A stretch of 64,000 bases of DNA from Bacteroidota bacterium (GTDB taxonomy: Bacteria; Bacteroidota; Bacteroidia; Flavobacteriales_F; PHOS-HE28), in assembly GCA_018267065.1 (NCBI GenBank), contig JAFDZG010000197.1:1486-65485 (forward strand), written 5' to 3'. Shown piece by piece: positions 28,701 through 38,776 of this stretch. The first letter of the stretch is position 1, and each line of letters begins with the position of its first letter. Both the position numbers and the translations under genes were made by a program. The notes beneath the pieces were generated by a model. It had not been told where the DNA came from. It searched no databases and saw only the letters and a program-made list of their open reading frames with translations.

Positions 28701-30845
28701 ATGGAAGGATCGGTGAGGCGCTTGGCCGCAGTGTTGATCGCGGGCATCTTGGCCGTGAATGCATTTGCCGGTGGACTCGAGAGGGCTTTTGCAGCCTTGG
28801 AGGTCCATAACTATTTCGAGGCGATGAAGTTGTTCGGCAAGCAGGTGCGGAAGCATCCTGCGGCCGCGTGGTATGGCATCAGCGTGGTAACCGGCCGTGC
28901 GGACAATCCCTTTTACCAGATCGATTCCAGCCGTGCCGCATTGTTGCGCTCTGAGGCTGCGTATGCGTTGCTGGATGCAAAAGGACGCTCCAAGATGGCC
29001 GCACTGGGCGTGGACACGGCTACCATCCGTGCCCAAAAGGAACATATCGGGGAGATCGTCTGGAAGCAGGTTGTTGCAGTGGATCGGATAGGCGACTACA
29101 AGGACTTCATTCTTGCATATCCGGGCAACAGCCACCTGCAGGAAGCCATTGAGCGCCGCAATGCCCTAGCCTTCGCGGATGCAAGACGGTTGAACACCGC
29201 AGCGGCCTACAAGGACTTCATCACTAACTACCCCGACGCGAAAGAAGCTTATGGGGCCCGATCCCGCCTGCAGGAGTCCATCTACAGGGATGCCACCCAA
29301 GCTGGTACGTTGGCACAGTACGAGGCTTTTATACATGACCATCCCGAAAGCCCTTATGCACGGGACGCCCAGGACAAGCTCATGGAGCTGTCCGTGCCGC
29401 ACGGAACGGTGGGGGAGTATGCCGCCTTCATCCACCGTTATCCGAACAACCCCAATGTGCCGGATGCATGGAGGCACATGTACGATTTGTACACCAGGCA
29501 ACTGAGCGTGCAAAGCATTACGCAGTTCTTGAAAGACTATCCGGACTACCCGTTCATCAATGAACTGATGAACGATTACAAGGTTGCCGGCCTCACCCTG
29601 GTGCCCTTTCGGCAGGATGGCAAATGGGGGTACATCGATGCCACCGGCGTGGAACGGATCAAAGCGGAATATGAGTTTGCGGAGCCATTTGTGCACAGCC
29701 AGGCCCAAGTGGGCAAGGGCGGGCACAGCGGCACCATCAACAAGCTCGGCAAGGAGGTGGTGCCGATCATTTATGACGATGTGTTTGATTTCAAGGAAGG
29801 ATTGGCACCCGTGGAATTGAACGGAAAGCAGGGAGTGGTGGACCGCAACGGCAACCTGGTGGTTGCCATGGAATATGATGAAGTGGGCGAATTCGACCAC
29901 GGTCTTGCGGCTGCTTCCAAGGACGGCAAGTATGGTTTCATTGACGGCACGGGCAAAGTGGTGATCCCCTTCAGGTACGAGAATGCCATGCACTTCAACA
30001 ACGGCTTGGCCGTGGTGGTGCAGGGCGGACTAAGCGGGGTAGTGGATGTAAAGGGGGATGTGGTGGTGCCCTGCCAATATGATTGGGTGGAAGGATTCCT
30101 TGATCCGGGTATCACAAGGGTGCGCAAGGACGGATACATGGGCATGATCAATAGGTTCGGTGAGGCGGTGCTGGCCGTGGAACATGACCATGTGGGCCCG
30201 ATCAATGACAGCCTGGCACTTGTGATCGACAAGGGCAAATGCGGATACGTGGACGCCAATGGGGCATGGGTGATCCCGCAGCGCTTCGAGGCCAATGCCC
30301 TTACAGTGAACATGGGCGACTTCCACAATGGCGTTGCCCGTGTGCTGAGCGGTGGTAAACTGGGCTTGGTGGACACCAAGGGGAAATGGATCTTCCCGGC
30401 GCAATACGTGGACATCGGGCAGATGGAGGGCAACGTGGTACCCGTGAAAAAGAAGAACAAATGGGGCTATGCGTCCCGGGCATACCAGACATTGGCGGAA
30501 GCGAAGTACGATCAGGCCTGGGAAATGCACTCCGGATATGGCCGTGTGGCATCCAACGGCTTGTTCGGCCTGGTGGACAGCACGGGAGCGGAAACCATCA
30601 AGCCGCGCTTCAAGGCATTATCCGATGTGGACGGAGGGGCGCTGGTGGCCACTGACGACAGCGGCACAGGCTTGGTGGATGTGCACGGGAAAGTGCTGGT
30701 CCCGCTTGTTTTCAGCTCCCTGGTCTTGGAAGATCACGGATTGGCCAAGGTTACCAAAGGCGATCGTTTTGGCTACGTGGAGGTGGCCAATGACGAGTTT
30801 CTATGGAAGGAAGAAGGCTTTGGAACCGGCTTAGCGCACCAGTGA
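28701..30845 (+). CDS. WG-repeat (KWGYID/GKYGFID) containing protein with N-terminal TPR-like helical region
   Basis: More than ten repeats of the …G-K/Q-W/Y-G-Y/F-I/V-D…G…V-I-P… pattern throughout the C-terminal two thirds. Confidence 0.7.
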   Translation: MEGSVRRLAAVLIAGILAVNAFAGGLERAFAALEVHNYFEAMKLFGKQVRKHPAAAWYGISVVTGRADNPFYQIDSSRAALLRSEAAYALLDAKGRSKMAALGVDTATIRAQKEHIGEIVWKQVVAVDRIGDYKDFILAYPGNSHLQEAIERRNALAFADARRLNTAAAYKDFITNYPDAKEAYGARSRLQESIYRDATQAGTLAQYEAFIHDHPESPYARDAQDKLMELSVPHGTVGEYAAFIHRYPNNPNVPDAWRHMYDLYTRQLSVQSITQFLKDYPDYPFINELMNDYKVAGLTLVPFRQDGKWGYIDATGVERIKAEYEFAEPFVHSQAQVGKGGHSGTINKLGKEVVPIIYDDVFDFKEGLAPVELNGKQGVVDRNGNLVVAMEYDEVGEFDHGLAAASKDGKYGFIDGTGKVVIPFRYENAMHFNNGLAVVVQGGLSGVVDVKGDVVVPCQYDWVEGFLDPGITRVRKDGYMGMINRFGEAVLAVEHDHVGPINDSLALVIDKGKCGYVDANGAWVIPQRFEANALTVNMGDFHNGVARVLSGGKLGLVDTKGKWIFPAQYVDIGQMEGNVVPVKKKNKWGYASRAYQTLAEAKYDQAWEMHSGYGRVASNGLFGLVDSTGAETIKPRFKALSDVDGGALVATDDSGTGLVDVHGKVLVPLVFSSLVLEDHGLAKVTKGDRFGYVEVANDEFLWKEEGFGTGLAHQ

Positions 30846-33800
30846 AACGCTTCCGGTGCGGCGAACCTGGATCACTCCCTCATCCGTAACGGACGTGTAG
30901 TGGAGCGTCCAAGCGTACACACCCACGGGTGATTCCATTGCTTGGAAGGTTCCGTCCCAAGCACCGTTGGGCGTGCTGCTGGTGAAAATGCACTGGCCCC
31001 AGCGGTTGAAGACCCTGAAATCCCAAGAACCAATTGGGCCATCAACCATTGGGATGAACAGGTCGTTGATGCCATCGCCGTCCGGGGTGAATGCATTCGG
31101 AATGTAGACGGTCGGTTTGCATTGGCCTTCTGAAATGACAATGGTATCCGCAGCTTGGATGCACATTCCTTCCACGGCCACGGAGAAGATGCCTGGTTTG
31201 TCCACCACCAGGGTGGCCACCGTGGACCCCGTGCTCCACAAGTAGTTGGCGCCCGGCAACGTGGCATCCAGCGTGATCGATCCACCAGGGCAAATTGCTT
31301 GGTCCGGCCCAAGTTCGATCGAGGAAACGGGCGGAAGAAAGGTGAAGGTTGCCTGGTCCGTGCTGGTGCAACCATCCAAGGTCAACGTGGCGCCGTAGGT
31401 GCCGCTGGAATTTACCTCCAACTGGACGTCGGTGCCGCCCGTGGTCCAAACCAATGATGCAGGACCCGGGTCCACGGACAGGCGTATTGTATCCCCTGCG
31501 CACTGGGTACGATCCGGGCCGAGATCCACCAAAGGAATGGGAGTAACGCCAACCTGCAGGGATGCATCCGCCGTGCATCCGTCCAAGGAAATGGCAGCGT
31601 GGTAGTTGCCTTCGGAATTTATGATCCGTTGGGGGGCTGTGGAACCGTCCTCCCAAAGCACAGTGGCACCGGGCATGCCAACGTCAAGCAACAGGCCGGT
31701 GCCCGGGCAAATGGTGGTATCGGCCCCCAGGGTGAAGTTTGAAAGGTCCACAACGCTAACTTGGGTCTGGCCGGTGGAGGTGCAGCCCGAGCGATCTACC
31801 GAGATGCCATAGGTTCCGGGTCCGGTAACGAGCAATGCAGGTGCCGTGGAACCGTTGCTCCATAGATAGGAGCATCCTGGTTGGGATACGTTCAACGACC
31901 AGGAAGCACCGTTGCACAAGGTTGTGTCGGCGGGCAGATTGATGATGGGAGCGGGGATGTCCGTGATCAGCAAGGAATCACCCGCCGTGCAGCCAGCGGA
32001 TGTGACAAACACGGACCACATGCCGGGGCCCAATGTTCGCAGGGCACTGGTGCCACCATCGTTCCAGAGGTAGCTGCCCCCGGGAACCGCTGTATTCACC
32101 GCTACGTGTGCATAGGCGCAGATGGCAGTATCCGGCCCCAGGTTAACCAAAGGCAAGGGTATTTCAGCCAGGACAATGGTGTCCGATGCCGTGCATCCAT
32201 TTTCCGTGCTGCGGACCCAATAGGTCCCTCCCTGATAGATCGTTCTTGATGGGGCGGTGCTTCCGTCATCCCACAGGAGGGAGGTACCGGCTGCCAAAAG
32301 CTGAAATGAACTGCCTGCGCAGAATTGATCATCAGGCCCCAAGTCCACCACGGGTAGGGGAATGGTGGAAATGGAAATGGAGTCGGTCATCGAACAGCCG
32401 GCGATGGTGGTTGTTGCGATGTACGTTCCCGCCAAGTTGGCCTGCACCGTGGGCGAAGTGGCGGTAACGGCGCCGCTCCACACGGTGTAGCCACCCGGCA
32501 GGCCGGCATCCAGCAGTGTGGATGAGCCCGCGCACAGGCTTGTGTCCGGCCCAAGGTTCAACGTGCCGGCGTCCAGATAATTAACGTGGATGAACGCGGT
32601 ATCGCTGCATCCTGCCGCGTTGGTCAATGCCAACCAATAATTTCCAGTGGCCGTGACAGTGAAATTGTTGCCGGATGATCCGTCCTGCCAAACGGCTTGG
32701 CCTGGGGTCACCGGTGCAAGCAATTGCAGCACGGCGCCCGGGCAAAGCGTCGTGTCGTTACCGATGAAGGCAACCGGTGCTTGGGCCACTGCAACGGAAA
32801 TGGTGTCGGTTACCGTACATGCGCCCACCGTGACTTCCGCCCAGAAGAGGCCTGCGCTGCCCACCGCAAGCACCGGGTTGAACGATCCCGTGCTCCAGTG
32901 GTACTGTGAAGCATTGGGCAGGGTGGCGTTCAAAGCGATCGTCTCACCTGCACATAGCGTGGTGTCCGGCCCCAAGTACAACGATCCAGGGTTGGCATAG
33001 GAAACAACAATGGCATCGGAGGCCGTGCAACCCATGGAGTCAGTAGTGGTAACGGACACCGTGCCCGGTGATGCGACCGTGATGCTCTGGCTGGTTGCAC
33101 CGGTGCTCCAGGCAACTGTGTTGAGCGGGGTTCCCGCCGACAGTGTGATCGAGCTGCCCGGGCAGAGCGTGGTATCCGGACCAAGCGTTACTGTTGGAGG
33201 TTGGGATTCCGTAATGACAATGGTATCGATAGAGGAACAATTGCCTACAGTCACCATTACGGACCATGTTCCGGCGCCTGTGGTGATCGTGGGAGAGATG
33301 GAGCCATTGCTCCATGAGTAACCTGCACCGGCGGTGTTGGCGTTCAGTAAAACTTGTGCCCCGGGGCACACTTCAACATCGGGACCCAATGAAAACACGG
33401 GCAGGGGGGATACGGCCAAGTTGATCGAATCACGTACCGTGCACCCGTTCAAGGAAGCTTCGACCCAATAGGTTCCTGAGGAGAATACAGTGATGGAATC
33501 CGCGGAGGCACCCGTGTTCCACGTGTAAAAGGCACCCGGCACGGATACGCCGATCCTTGTGCTGGAGCCGGCACAAATGGTGCGGTCCGACCCCAAGTTC
33601 ACGCTTTGCAGGCTGAAGTTGGAAATGATGCAGGTGTCCGCGGCAACGCAACCATTGGCGGTAACTTGAACCGCGTATGTGCCCGGAGTTGATGCCGCGA
33701 GAAGTGGTAGGGTGGAGCCGTCATTCCAGAGATAGCTTCCACCAGGCACTGTCGCATTGAAACTGACCGGTTCACCGGGGCAAACCGTGGTGTCATTGCC

Positions 33801-35228
33801 GATGTCCACTGAAGGAAGCGGCATCACGGCCACCTGTATGGTATCCTGTACGGAGCAACCGTTCAGGTTTACGGTTACATGGAAACTGCCAGCGGTGGAG
33901 GCATTCAGGATGGGGCTCAAGCTGCCGTCCTGCCAGAGATAGGAAGCTCCGGGCCATGAAGCGTCCAGGTTGATCGTTTCACCGGCACAGATGGTTGTGT
34001 CGTTTCCCAGCTGTACGGAAGGCCGGGGCTTGTATCCCACGGTGATGGAATCGCGCGTGGTGCACGTTCCATTTCCCACCTCCGCCCAATACAAGCCCGG
34101 CCCGGTCACAGTGAAGGACGGGTTTAGGGAACCATCTTGCCAGAGGTAGCTGTAGCCCGGGCCGGCTGCGGAAAGCGCCAAGGTAGACCCCGTGCAGACC
34201 ATGGTGTCCGGCCCGAGGTCCACCACCGGCATGGACAGGTATGCAATGTTGATCTGGTCCGTGTTGCCGCAATTCTGGGCAGTTACCGTGACACTGTAGT
34301 TTCCGCCGGAAGACACTTGCAGGGTAGGAGCCGTGCTGCCATCCTGCCAGATGTAGGTTCCGCCGGGATAGGACGCATCCAGATCCATGACCTCCCCGGC
34401 GCAGAGGCTTGTGTCCGGTCCGAGGTCCACCTGTGGCAACGGCGTGACGTATACATGCACAGTGTCGCGCAGCACGATCGTACCGGAGATATTGATGTCA
34501 TCTATGCCGAGGTCATCGCCCACACCATCGCCGGAAGTGAGGTGAATGCATGCATTTACACTCGTTTGGCCCGGGCCGGCGGTCCAGGTGGTGGTGAATT
34601 GCTGCCAGCCTGCGGAGTAGGCCGGGAATGTAAAATCAGGCCAGTTGACCAAAGCGCCGTCCATCAGCCAAACAGCGCGCGCCGGCAGCTCGTTGCTGAG
34701 GGTCTTGGCCCTAAAGCCCAGCGTGTAGGTTTGGCCGGGACAGGCTGGAATTGTTTGGCACCACACATCGGTTTGGCCGTTGGACCAACTTCCGTAGCCT
34801 GCGTTGGCAATGAGGAAATTGCCGTTGCCGGTACCTTGGAACTGGGGGTGGTACCAGCTTGCATTTGGCCCCACCGTATACATGCCTTCATTCTGGACGG
34901 AGAAGAGTGAATAGGTGAATTGGGAAGAGAAGCCGGTGTTTCCCGCGGAAAAATCACCATTGGTGACGAGGTTACCGCTTGGGTAGCTCACTTGGCACCA
35001 ATAGTCGCCGGCCGTATTCACTGAAATGGATTGTGTTGTTTCGCCTGTGCTCCAGATCATGTTGCCGTAGCCGGTGGGCCCTTGCAGCGTGGCGGAACTG
35101 CCTTGGCAGATGGTTTGGTCGCCACCGATGTTGATGGAGCACACCGGCTGGCAGAGGATGGCCGTGCCTGGCCAGCATGCCAGCAGGCATGCCTTGAGTA
35201 CGGAACGATATGCGTGATGGCGGCTCAA
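30831..35228 (-). CDS. 1465-aa cell-surface protein: N-terminal lectin/CBM-like domain, about 16 tandem ~80-aa repeats (…DLGPDTTLCAG…L.A…G..YLWQDGS…), and a C-terminal gliding-motility type-B (CHU_C) T9SS sorting domain
   Basis: C-terminus …KPTVYIPNAFTPDGDGINDLFIPMV…GVYAWTLHYTS… is the CHU_C/T9SS type B signature. The repeats were read directly. Confidence 0.85.
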   Translation of the reverse strand: MSRHHAYRSVLKACLLACWPGTAILCQPVCSINIGGDQTICQGSSATLQGPTGYGNMIWSTGETTQSISVNTAGDYWCQVSYPSGNLVTNGDFSAGNTGFSSQFTYSLFSVQNEGMYTVGPNASWYHPQFQGTGNGNFLIANAGYGSWSNGQTDVWCQTIPACPGQTYTLGFRAKTLSNELPARAVWLMDGALVNWPDFTFPAYSAGWQQFTTTWTAGPGQTSVNACIHLTSGDGVGDDLGIDDINISGTIVLRDTVHVYVTPLPQVDLGPDTSLCAGEVMDLDASYPGGTYIWQDGSTAPTLQVSSGGNYSVTVTAQNCGNTDQINIAYLSMPVVDLGPDTMVCTGSTLALSAAGPGYSYLWQDGSLNPSFTVTGPGLYWAEVGNGTCTTRDSITVGYKPRPSVQLGNDTTICAGETINLDASWPGASYLWQDGSLSPILNASTAGSFHVTVNLNGCSVQDTIQVAVMPLPSVDIGNDTTVCPGEPVSFNATVPGGSYLWNDGSTLPLLAASTPGTYAVQVTANGCVAADTCIISNFSLQSVNLGSDRTICAGSSTRIGVSVPGAFYTWNTGASADSITVFSSGTYWVEASLNGCTVRDSINLAVSPLPVFSLGPDVEVCPGAQVLLNANTAGAGYSWSNGSISPTITTGAGTWSVMVTVGNCSSIDTIVITESQPPTVTLGPDTTLCPGSSITLSAGTPLNTVAWSTGATSQSITVASPGTVSVTTTDSMGCTASDAIVVSYANPGSLYLGPDTTLCAGETIALNATLPNASQYHWSTGSFNPVLAVGSAGLFWAEVTVGACTVTDTISVAVAQAPVAFIGNDTTLCPGAVLQLLAPVTPGQAVWQDGSSGNNFTVTATGNYWLALTNAAGCSDTAFIHVNYLDAGTLNLGPDTSLCAGSSTLLDAGLPGGYTVWSGAVTATSPTVQANLAGTYIATTTIAGCSMTDSISISTIPLPVVDLGPDDQFCAGSSFQLLAAGTSLLWDDGSTAPSRTIYQGGTYWVRSTENGCTASDTIVLAEIPLPLVNLGPDTAICAYAHVAVNTAVPGGSYLWNDGGTSALRTLGPGMWSVFVTSAGCTAGDSLLITDIPAPIINLPADTTLCNGASWSLNVSQPGCSYLWSNGSTAPALLVTGPGTYGISVDRSGCTSTGQTQVSVVDLSNFTLGADTTICPGTGLLLDVGMPGATVLWEDGSTAPQRIINSEGNYHAAISLDGCTADASLQVGVTPIPLVDLGPDRTQCAGDTIRLSVDPGPASLVWTTGGTDVQLEVNSSGTYGATLTLDGCTSTDQATFTFLPPVSSIELGPDQAICPGGSITLDATLPGANYLWSTGSTVATLVVDKPGIFSVAVEGMCIQAADTIVISEGQCKPTVYIPNAFTPDGDGINDLFIPMVDGPIGSWDFRVFNRWGQCIFTSSTPNGAWDGTFQAMESPVGVYAWTLHYTSVTDEGVIQVRRTGSVSLVR

Positions 35229-35296
35229 GGTCGCTGAACTTTCGTCAAAATTCGGGCCATTACAGCCTCGCTACAACCACCATGAGGGGCCATTCT

Positions 35297-35950
35297 TCAC
35301 GAGGCTGTCAACACCCGGTTGATGCCTTGGTAGGGATGCACGGCCACCTGGCTGAAATGAAGACGCAAAAGTTCCTCCACACGGTTGCTCCGCAAGCCGC
35401 TGTCCTCGTTGTGCACAATGGTGTTGAAGCAGACCAACCCGCCCGGTGCAGCGGCTTGGCGCAGTCCGGCGATGAAAGGGTCTGTGTCCACCCCCGGTGC
35501 CAGGTCCAATTCATGGCAAAGGTCGATCAGCACCAGATCGTGCTGTACCGCATTGCCGGCTATGAACGCGATGGCATCGGATTCGATCAATTCGATGCCC
35601 GGAAGCCGGTCCACATGGAAATAGCTCCGTGCAATGCGGAGCATTTCAGGGTCCCCGTCCACGCCCGTGATCGGGGCAGCAATGTGCAGTTCGCGCCGCA
35701 GTATGCCGGCGGCGCTGCCCGCCCCGAAACCGAGGATCAGCACATTGCGGAGCACCCTGTCCTTTACCGCGCAGTCGTCCAGGCATTGTTGCCAAATAGC
35801 ATGCAGGTTGCCGTAGCTCTGGTTGGCCTTGTTGCTGTTCACCACCAGGTGCCCTCCTTCCCAAACCAGCCGCAATGGCCCGTATTTGCCCGGTCCTTCC
35901 CATTCAGGAACGGGCCACGCGTAGCTCAGCAGGCATTTCCACAGGGCCAT
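35297..35950 (-). CDS. Spermidine-synthase-like (PABS fold) class I methyltransferase-type protein
   Basis: …RNVLILGFGAGSAAGILRREL…ITGVDGDPEMLRIARSYF…GIELIESDAIAFI… is SAM-binding motif I plus PABS-like context. Confidence 0.6.
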   Translation of the reverse strand: MALWKCLLSYAWPVPEWEGPGKYGPLRLVWEGGHLVVNSNKANQSYGNLHAIWQQCLDDCAVKDRVLRNVLILGFGAGSAAGILRRELHIAAPITGVDGDPEMLRIARSYFHVDRLPGIELIESDAIAFIAGNAVQHDLVLIDLCHELDLAPGVDTDPFIAGLRQAAAPGGLVCFNTIVHNEDSGLRSNRVEELLRLHFSQVAVHPYQGINRVLTAS

Positions 35951-36003
35951 GGTGCAAAGATGGGCCTTGGCGGGCGGGCTATCTTCGCGGAACTTTTCCC
36001 GCT

Positions 36004-37095
36004 TTGAAACGCCTTTCCGCCATTACCCGCCACAAGTTGCGCAAGCTGCTGCTTTACGCGCTGGTTACGGCCGCCGTGGGGGTGGTGTTGACTTTGTTCA
36101 GCGGGCAAGTAAGGCCAGGCGTGATCCTTGGTTGGGCGCTGGTGGGAGCATGGACAGGCGTATTGGAAGTGTACCTCTTTGGAAGGCGCTTCCGTTCCTT
36201 GGCCATTCCATTGCAGTTCATCGGCAAGGCCGCTGGGGTGAACCTGTTGACCATCGCCATCGTGCTGTTGGCCATTGCCGCGGATCGCGGCCATTCGCTT
36301 CCGTACGGGGCGGAGGCCAAGCTGACAACAGGAACGCTCTTTGCCAATGATGACCTGCTCCGCACGGCGTTGCAGGTTTTCGTAGTGACCTCGCTGGCCA
36401 TTTTGATCGTGCAGGTTGAGGAATTCATGGGCAGGCGCTTCTTCATGGGCTTTTTGTTGGGCTGGTACGACAAGCCCCGTGAGTCGGAACGCGTGGTGCT
36501 GAGCATTGACCTGGTGTCCAGCTCGGCGCTGAATGAGCGCCTGGGTGACATGCTCTATTTCCGCTTTCTGAATTTCACGCATTCCGTGATGACCGATGCC
36601 GTGCTTCGCCACGACGCCGAGATCCACAAGTACGTGGGTGATGAAGTGATCTTCACCTGGTCCATGCGCAGCGGCTTGCATAACTTGAACTGCATTGCCC
36701 TTTATTTTGACATTCAGGAGCGATTGGAGGCACATCGCCAGGAAATGATGCGCGAATTCGGCGCATTCCCGCGGTTCCGGGGTGGATTGCATGGTGGCCG
36801 GGTGATCACTGCGCAGGTAGGCCACATCAAGCGCGCCATAGACCTCAGTGGTGATGTGATGAACACCACCAGCCGTGTGCAATCAATGGCTAAATCACTG
36901 AAGGTGGACCTGATGATCACCCAGGAATTGCTGGACAGAATGCCAACGGCGATGGACCATTACCAATTCGGGGAAGCCGTGGAGGTACAGGTAAAAGGAG
37001 GCAAGCGCAGGATGCTGGTGCGGGCTGTTGAGTCGAGGATTGCCCAAAATGATGCGGCAAGCAGGGTGGCGCATGCGGCTGCTGAACCGGCCTGA
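36004..37095 (+). CDS. Membrane-anchored class III adenylate/guanylate cyclase (4–5 TM plus CHD domain)
   Basis: …VVLSIDLVSSSALNERLGDMLYFRF…KYVGDEVIFTW…GGLHGGRVITAQVG…DLSGDVMNTTSRVQS… matches the nucleotidyl cyclase catalytic domain. The ORF track starts at 35875 and overlaps the divergent upstream gene by 76 nt; a TTG at 36004 (MKRLSAITRHKLRKLLLYALV…) gives a non-overlapping start. Confidence 0.7.
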   Translation: MKRLSAITRHKLRKLLLYALVTAAVGVVLTLFSGQVRPGVILGWALVGAWTGVLEVYLFGRRFRSLAIPLQFIGKAAGVNLLTIAIVLLAIAADRGHSLPYGAEAKLTTGTLFANDDLLRTALQVFVVTSLAILIVQVEEFMGRRFFMGFLLGWYDKPRESERVVLSIDLVSSSALNERLGDMLYFRFLNFTHSVMTDAVLRHDAEIHKYVGDEVIFTWSMRSGLHNLNCIALYFDIQERLEAHRQEMMREFGAFPRFRGGLHGGRVITAQVGHIKRAIDLSGDVMNTTSRVQSMAKSLKVDLMITQELLDRMPTAMDHYQFGEAVEVQVKGGKRRMLVRAVESRIAQNDAASRVAHAAAEPA

Positions 37096-37338
37096 GGCAT
37101 GGGCTGATGTGACGGCCTCAAAAGCCCAACAACAGGGCGGATGCCCGATGCCACGTGCAATTGCCGGTTCAAATGGATGGGCGGGGCGAAGCCGATATTG
37201 GTCCATGTTGGTTTCCAGCATGATATGCGGAAGCGTGCCTCTTTGACCCATGGCACAACAGTTGCGTGGAATTCAATTCAGCCGGTTCCGTGGAATACTG
37301 GCCAACAAGGCAACCAGGTAACAGGATACTTTTGCGGC

Positions 37339-37914
37339 ATGATCTTGCGCTTTGCCGGTACTCTCGTGTTTGCTGCCTGGGCCGTGTTGCTTACCCCGGT
37401 GCAGTTAAGCGCCCAACGGTTTACGGTGAAGTTGGGCGGGAAGGTAACCGGGTTGTTCACCGGAGACCCGATGAAAGGTGTGCTTGTCCGGGTTTTGAAG
37501 GCAGGCCAAGAGGACCAGCAGGGGATCACAAAATCAGACGGCCGCTATGCTTTCACCATGGAACGGGGTTGGAAGTATGAAGTGTGGTTCAGCAAGAACA
37601 AAATGGTGACCAAGCACGTGATCATTGATACCCGGGAGATACCGGCCTATCCGGATGTGCCATTCTATGAGATGGACCTGCAGATGACCCTGTTCCCTTG
37701 GATTGCGGACGTGGACTTGAGCCTTTTTGATGAAGCACTGGGACAGGCCACCTACAAGGCCAGTGTTCGAAACATGAGCTGGGACGTGCCTTACACGGAA
37801 CAAATGCGCCCGGTGTTTGCCAAGGCGATGGATGAGTACGAAAAGACGTACAACGGGTATTATGAACGCCGGGACCGGCGGAACCGCGAGGCTCAGCGCC
37901 TTTCCCAGCCGTAG
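37339..37914 (+). CDS. Secreted protein with CarboxypepD_reg-like beta-sandwich N-domain; paralogue A of a 3-member family in this window
   Basis: Signal MILRFAGTLVFAAWAVLLTPVQLSAQ, then …FTVKLGGKVTGLFTGDPMKGVLVRVLKAG…SDGRYAFTMERGWKYEVWFSKNKMVTKHVIIDTREIP… aligns by eye with ORFs starting at 40024 and 57988. Confidence 0.6.
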   Translation: MILRFAGTLVFAAWAVLLTPVQLSAQRFTVKLGGKVTGLFTGDPMKGVLVRVLKAGQEDQQGITKSDGRYAFTMERGWKYEVWFSKNKMVTKHVIIDTREIPAYPDVPFYEMDLQMTLFPWIADVDLSLFDEALGQATYKASVRNMSWDVPYTEQMRPVFAKAMDEYEKTYNGYYERRDRRNREAQRLSQP

Positions 37915-38747
37915 GCCTTCAGCAGCTTAACAGCCTCCATGGCAGGTGCCACGTCATGCACCCGGAGAATGTCGGCCCCGTTGATCAATGCCAAGGTGTT
38001 CAAAACGGTAGTGCCATTGAGGGCATTGGCCGGCGCTGTGCCCAGTACACTGTTGATCATCCGCTTGCGTGAGAGCCCGGCAAGTACCGGCGATCCGAGT
38101 TGTTTCAGCACCCGCAGGTCCTTTAGCAGGCTGAAATTGTGTTCCGTGGTTTTCCCAAATCCAAATCCGGGGTCCACTGCAACGTCCGCAATGCCTGCTG
38201 CTCGTGCCGCCAGCACACGGCGGCCCAAGAATTCCATGATCTCCGCCACCACATTGCCATATTCCGGGGCCTCCTGCATGGTGCGTGGGTTGCCCTGCAT
38301 GTGCATCAGGATGTAGGGAACAGCCAGCTTGGCCACAGCGGGGAGCATGCGGTCGTCCATCAAACCGGCTGATATGTCATTCACCACGGACGCACCGGCC
38401 CATACCGCTTCCTGCGCAACGGGGGCCCGCCAGGTATCGATGCTGATCCACGCTTCAGGAAAACGCTGGTGCAATGCTTCCACCACTGGAATGGCGCGCT
38501 TGCGTTCCTCTTCAAGGGGTACCTCCATTGCCCCGGGGCGTGAACTGGCCCCGCCAACATCCAGGAATGCGGCACCGGCCGTGAGCATGGCATCGGCCGT
38601 CCTCAGTGCTTCATCCACGGAAGCCTGCCTGCTGGCCGCATGGAATGAATCCGGTGTAAGGTTCAGCACGCCCATCACCACTGGAGGAGCAAAGCGCACC
38701 AAGCGCCCGCGCAGGCACCACACAATATCTTCGCCCCCGTTTTCCAT
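37893..38747 (-). CDS. folP: Dihydropteroate synthase
   Basis: …MGVLNLTPDSFHAASRQAS…FLDVGGASSRPGA…SIDTWRAPVA…VNDISAGL…DPGFGFGKT…. Confidence 0.9.
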   Translation of the reverse strand: MENGGEDIVWCLRGRLVRFAPPVVMGVLNLTPDSFHAASRQASVDEALRTADAMLTAGAAFLDVGGASSRPGAMEVPLEEERKRAIPVVEALHQRFPEAWISIDTWRAPVAQEAVWAGASVVNDISAGLMDDRMLPAVAKLAVPYILMHMQGNPRTMQEAPEYGNVVAEIMEFLGRRVLAARAAGIADVAVDPGFGFGKTTEHNFSLLKDLRVLKQLGSPVLAGLSRKRMINSVLGTAPANALNGTTVLNTLALINGADILRVHDVAPAMEAVKLLKAYGWERR

Positions 38748-38776
38748 GCCCCAAATTTGGGGCTGCCGCGCACCTC

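Noticed and set aside
35210-36007. 265-aa plus-strand ORF overlapping the PABS-like gene
   Set aside because: No motifs, whereas the minus-strand partner has SAM-binding motif I. It also forced the cyclase start to overlap, which prompted the TTG-start proposal.
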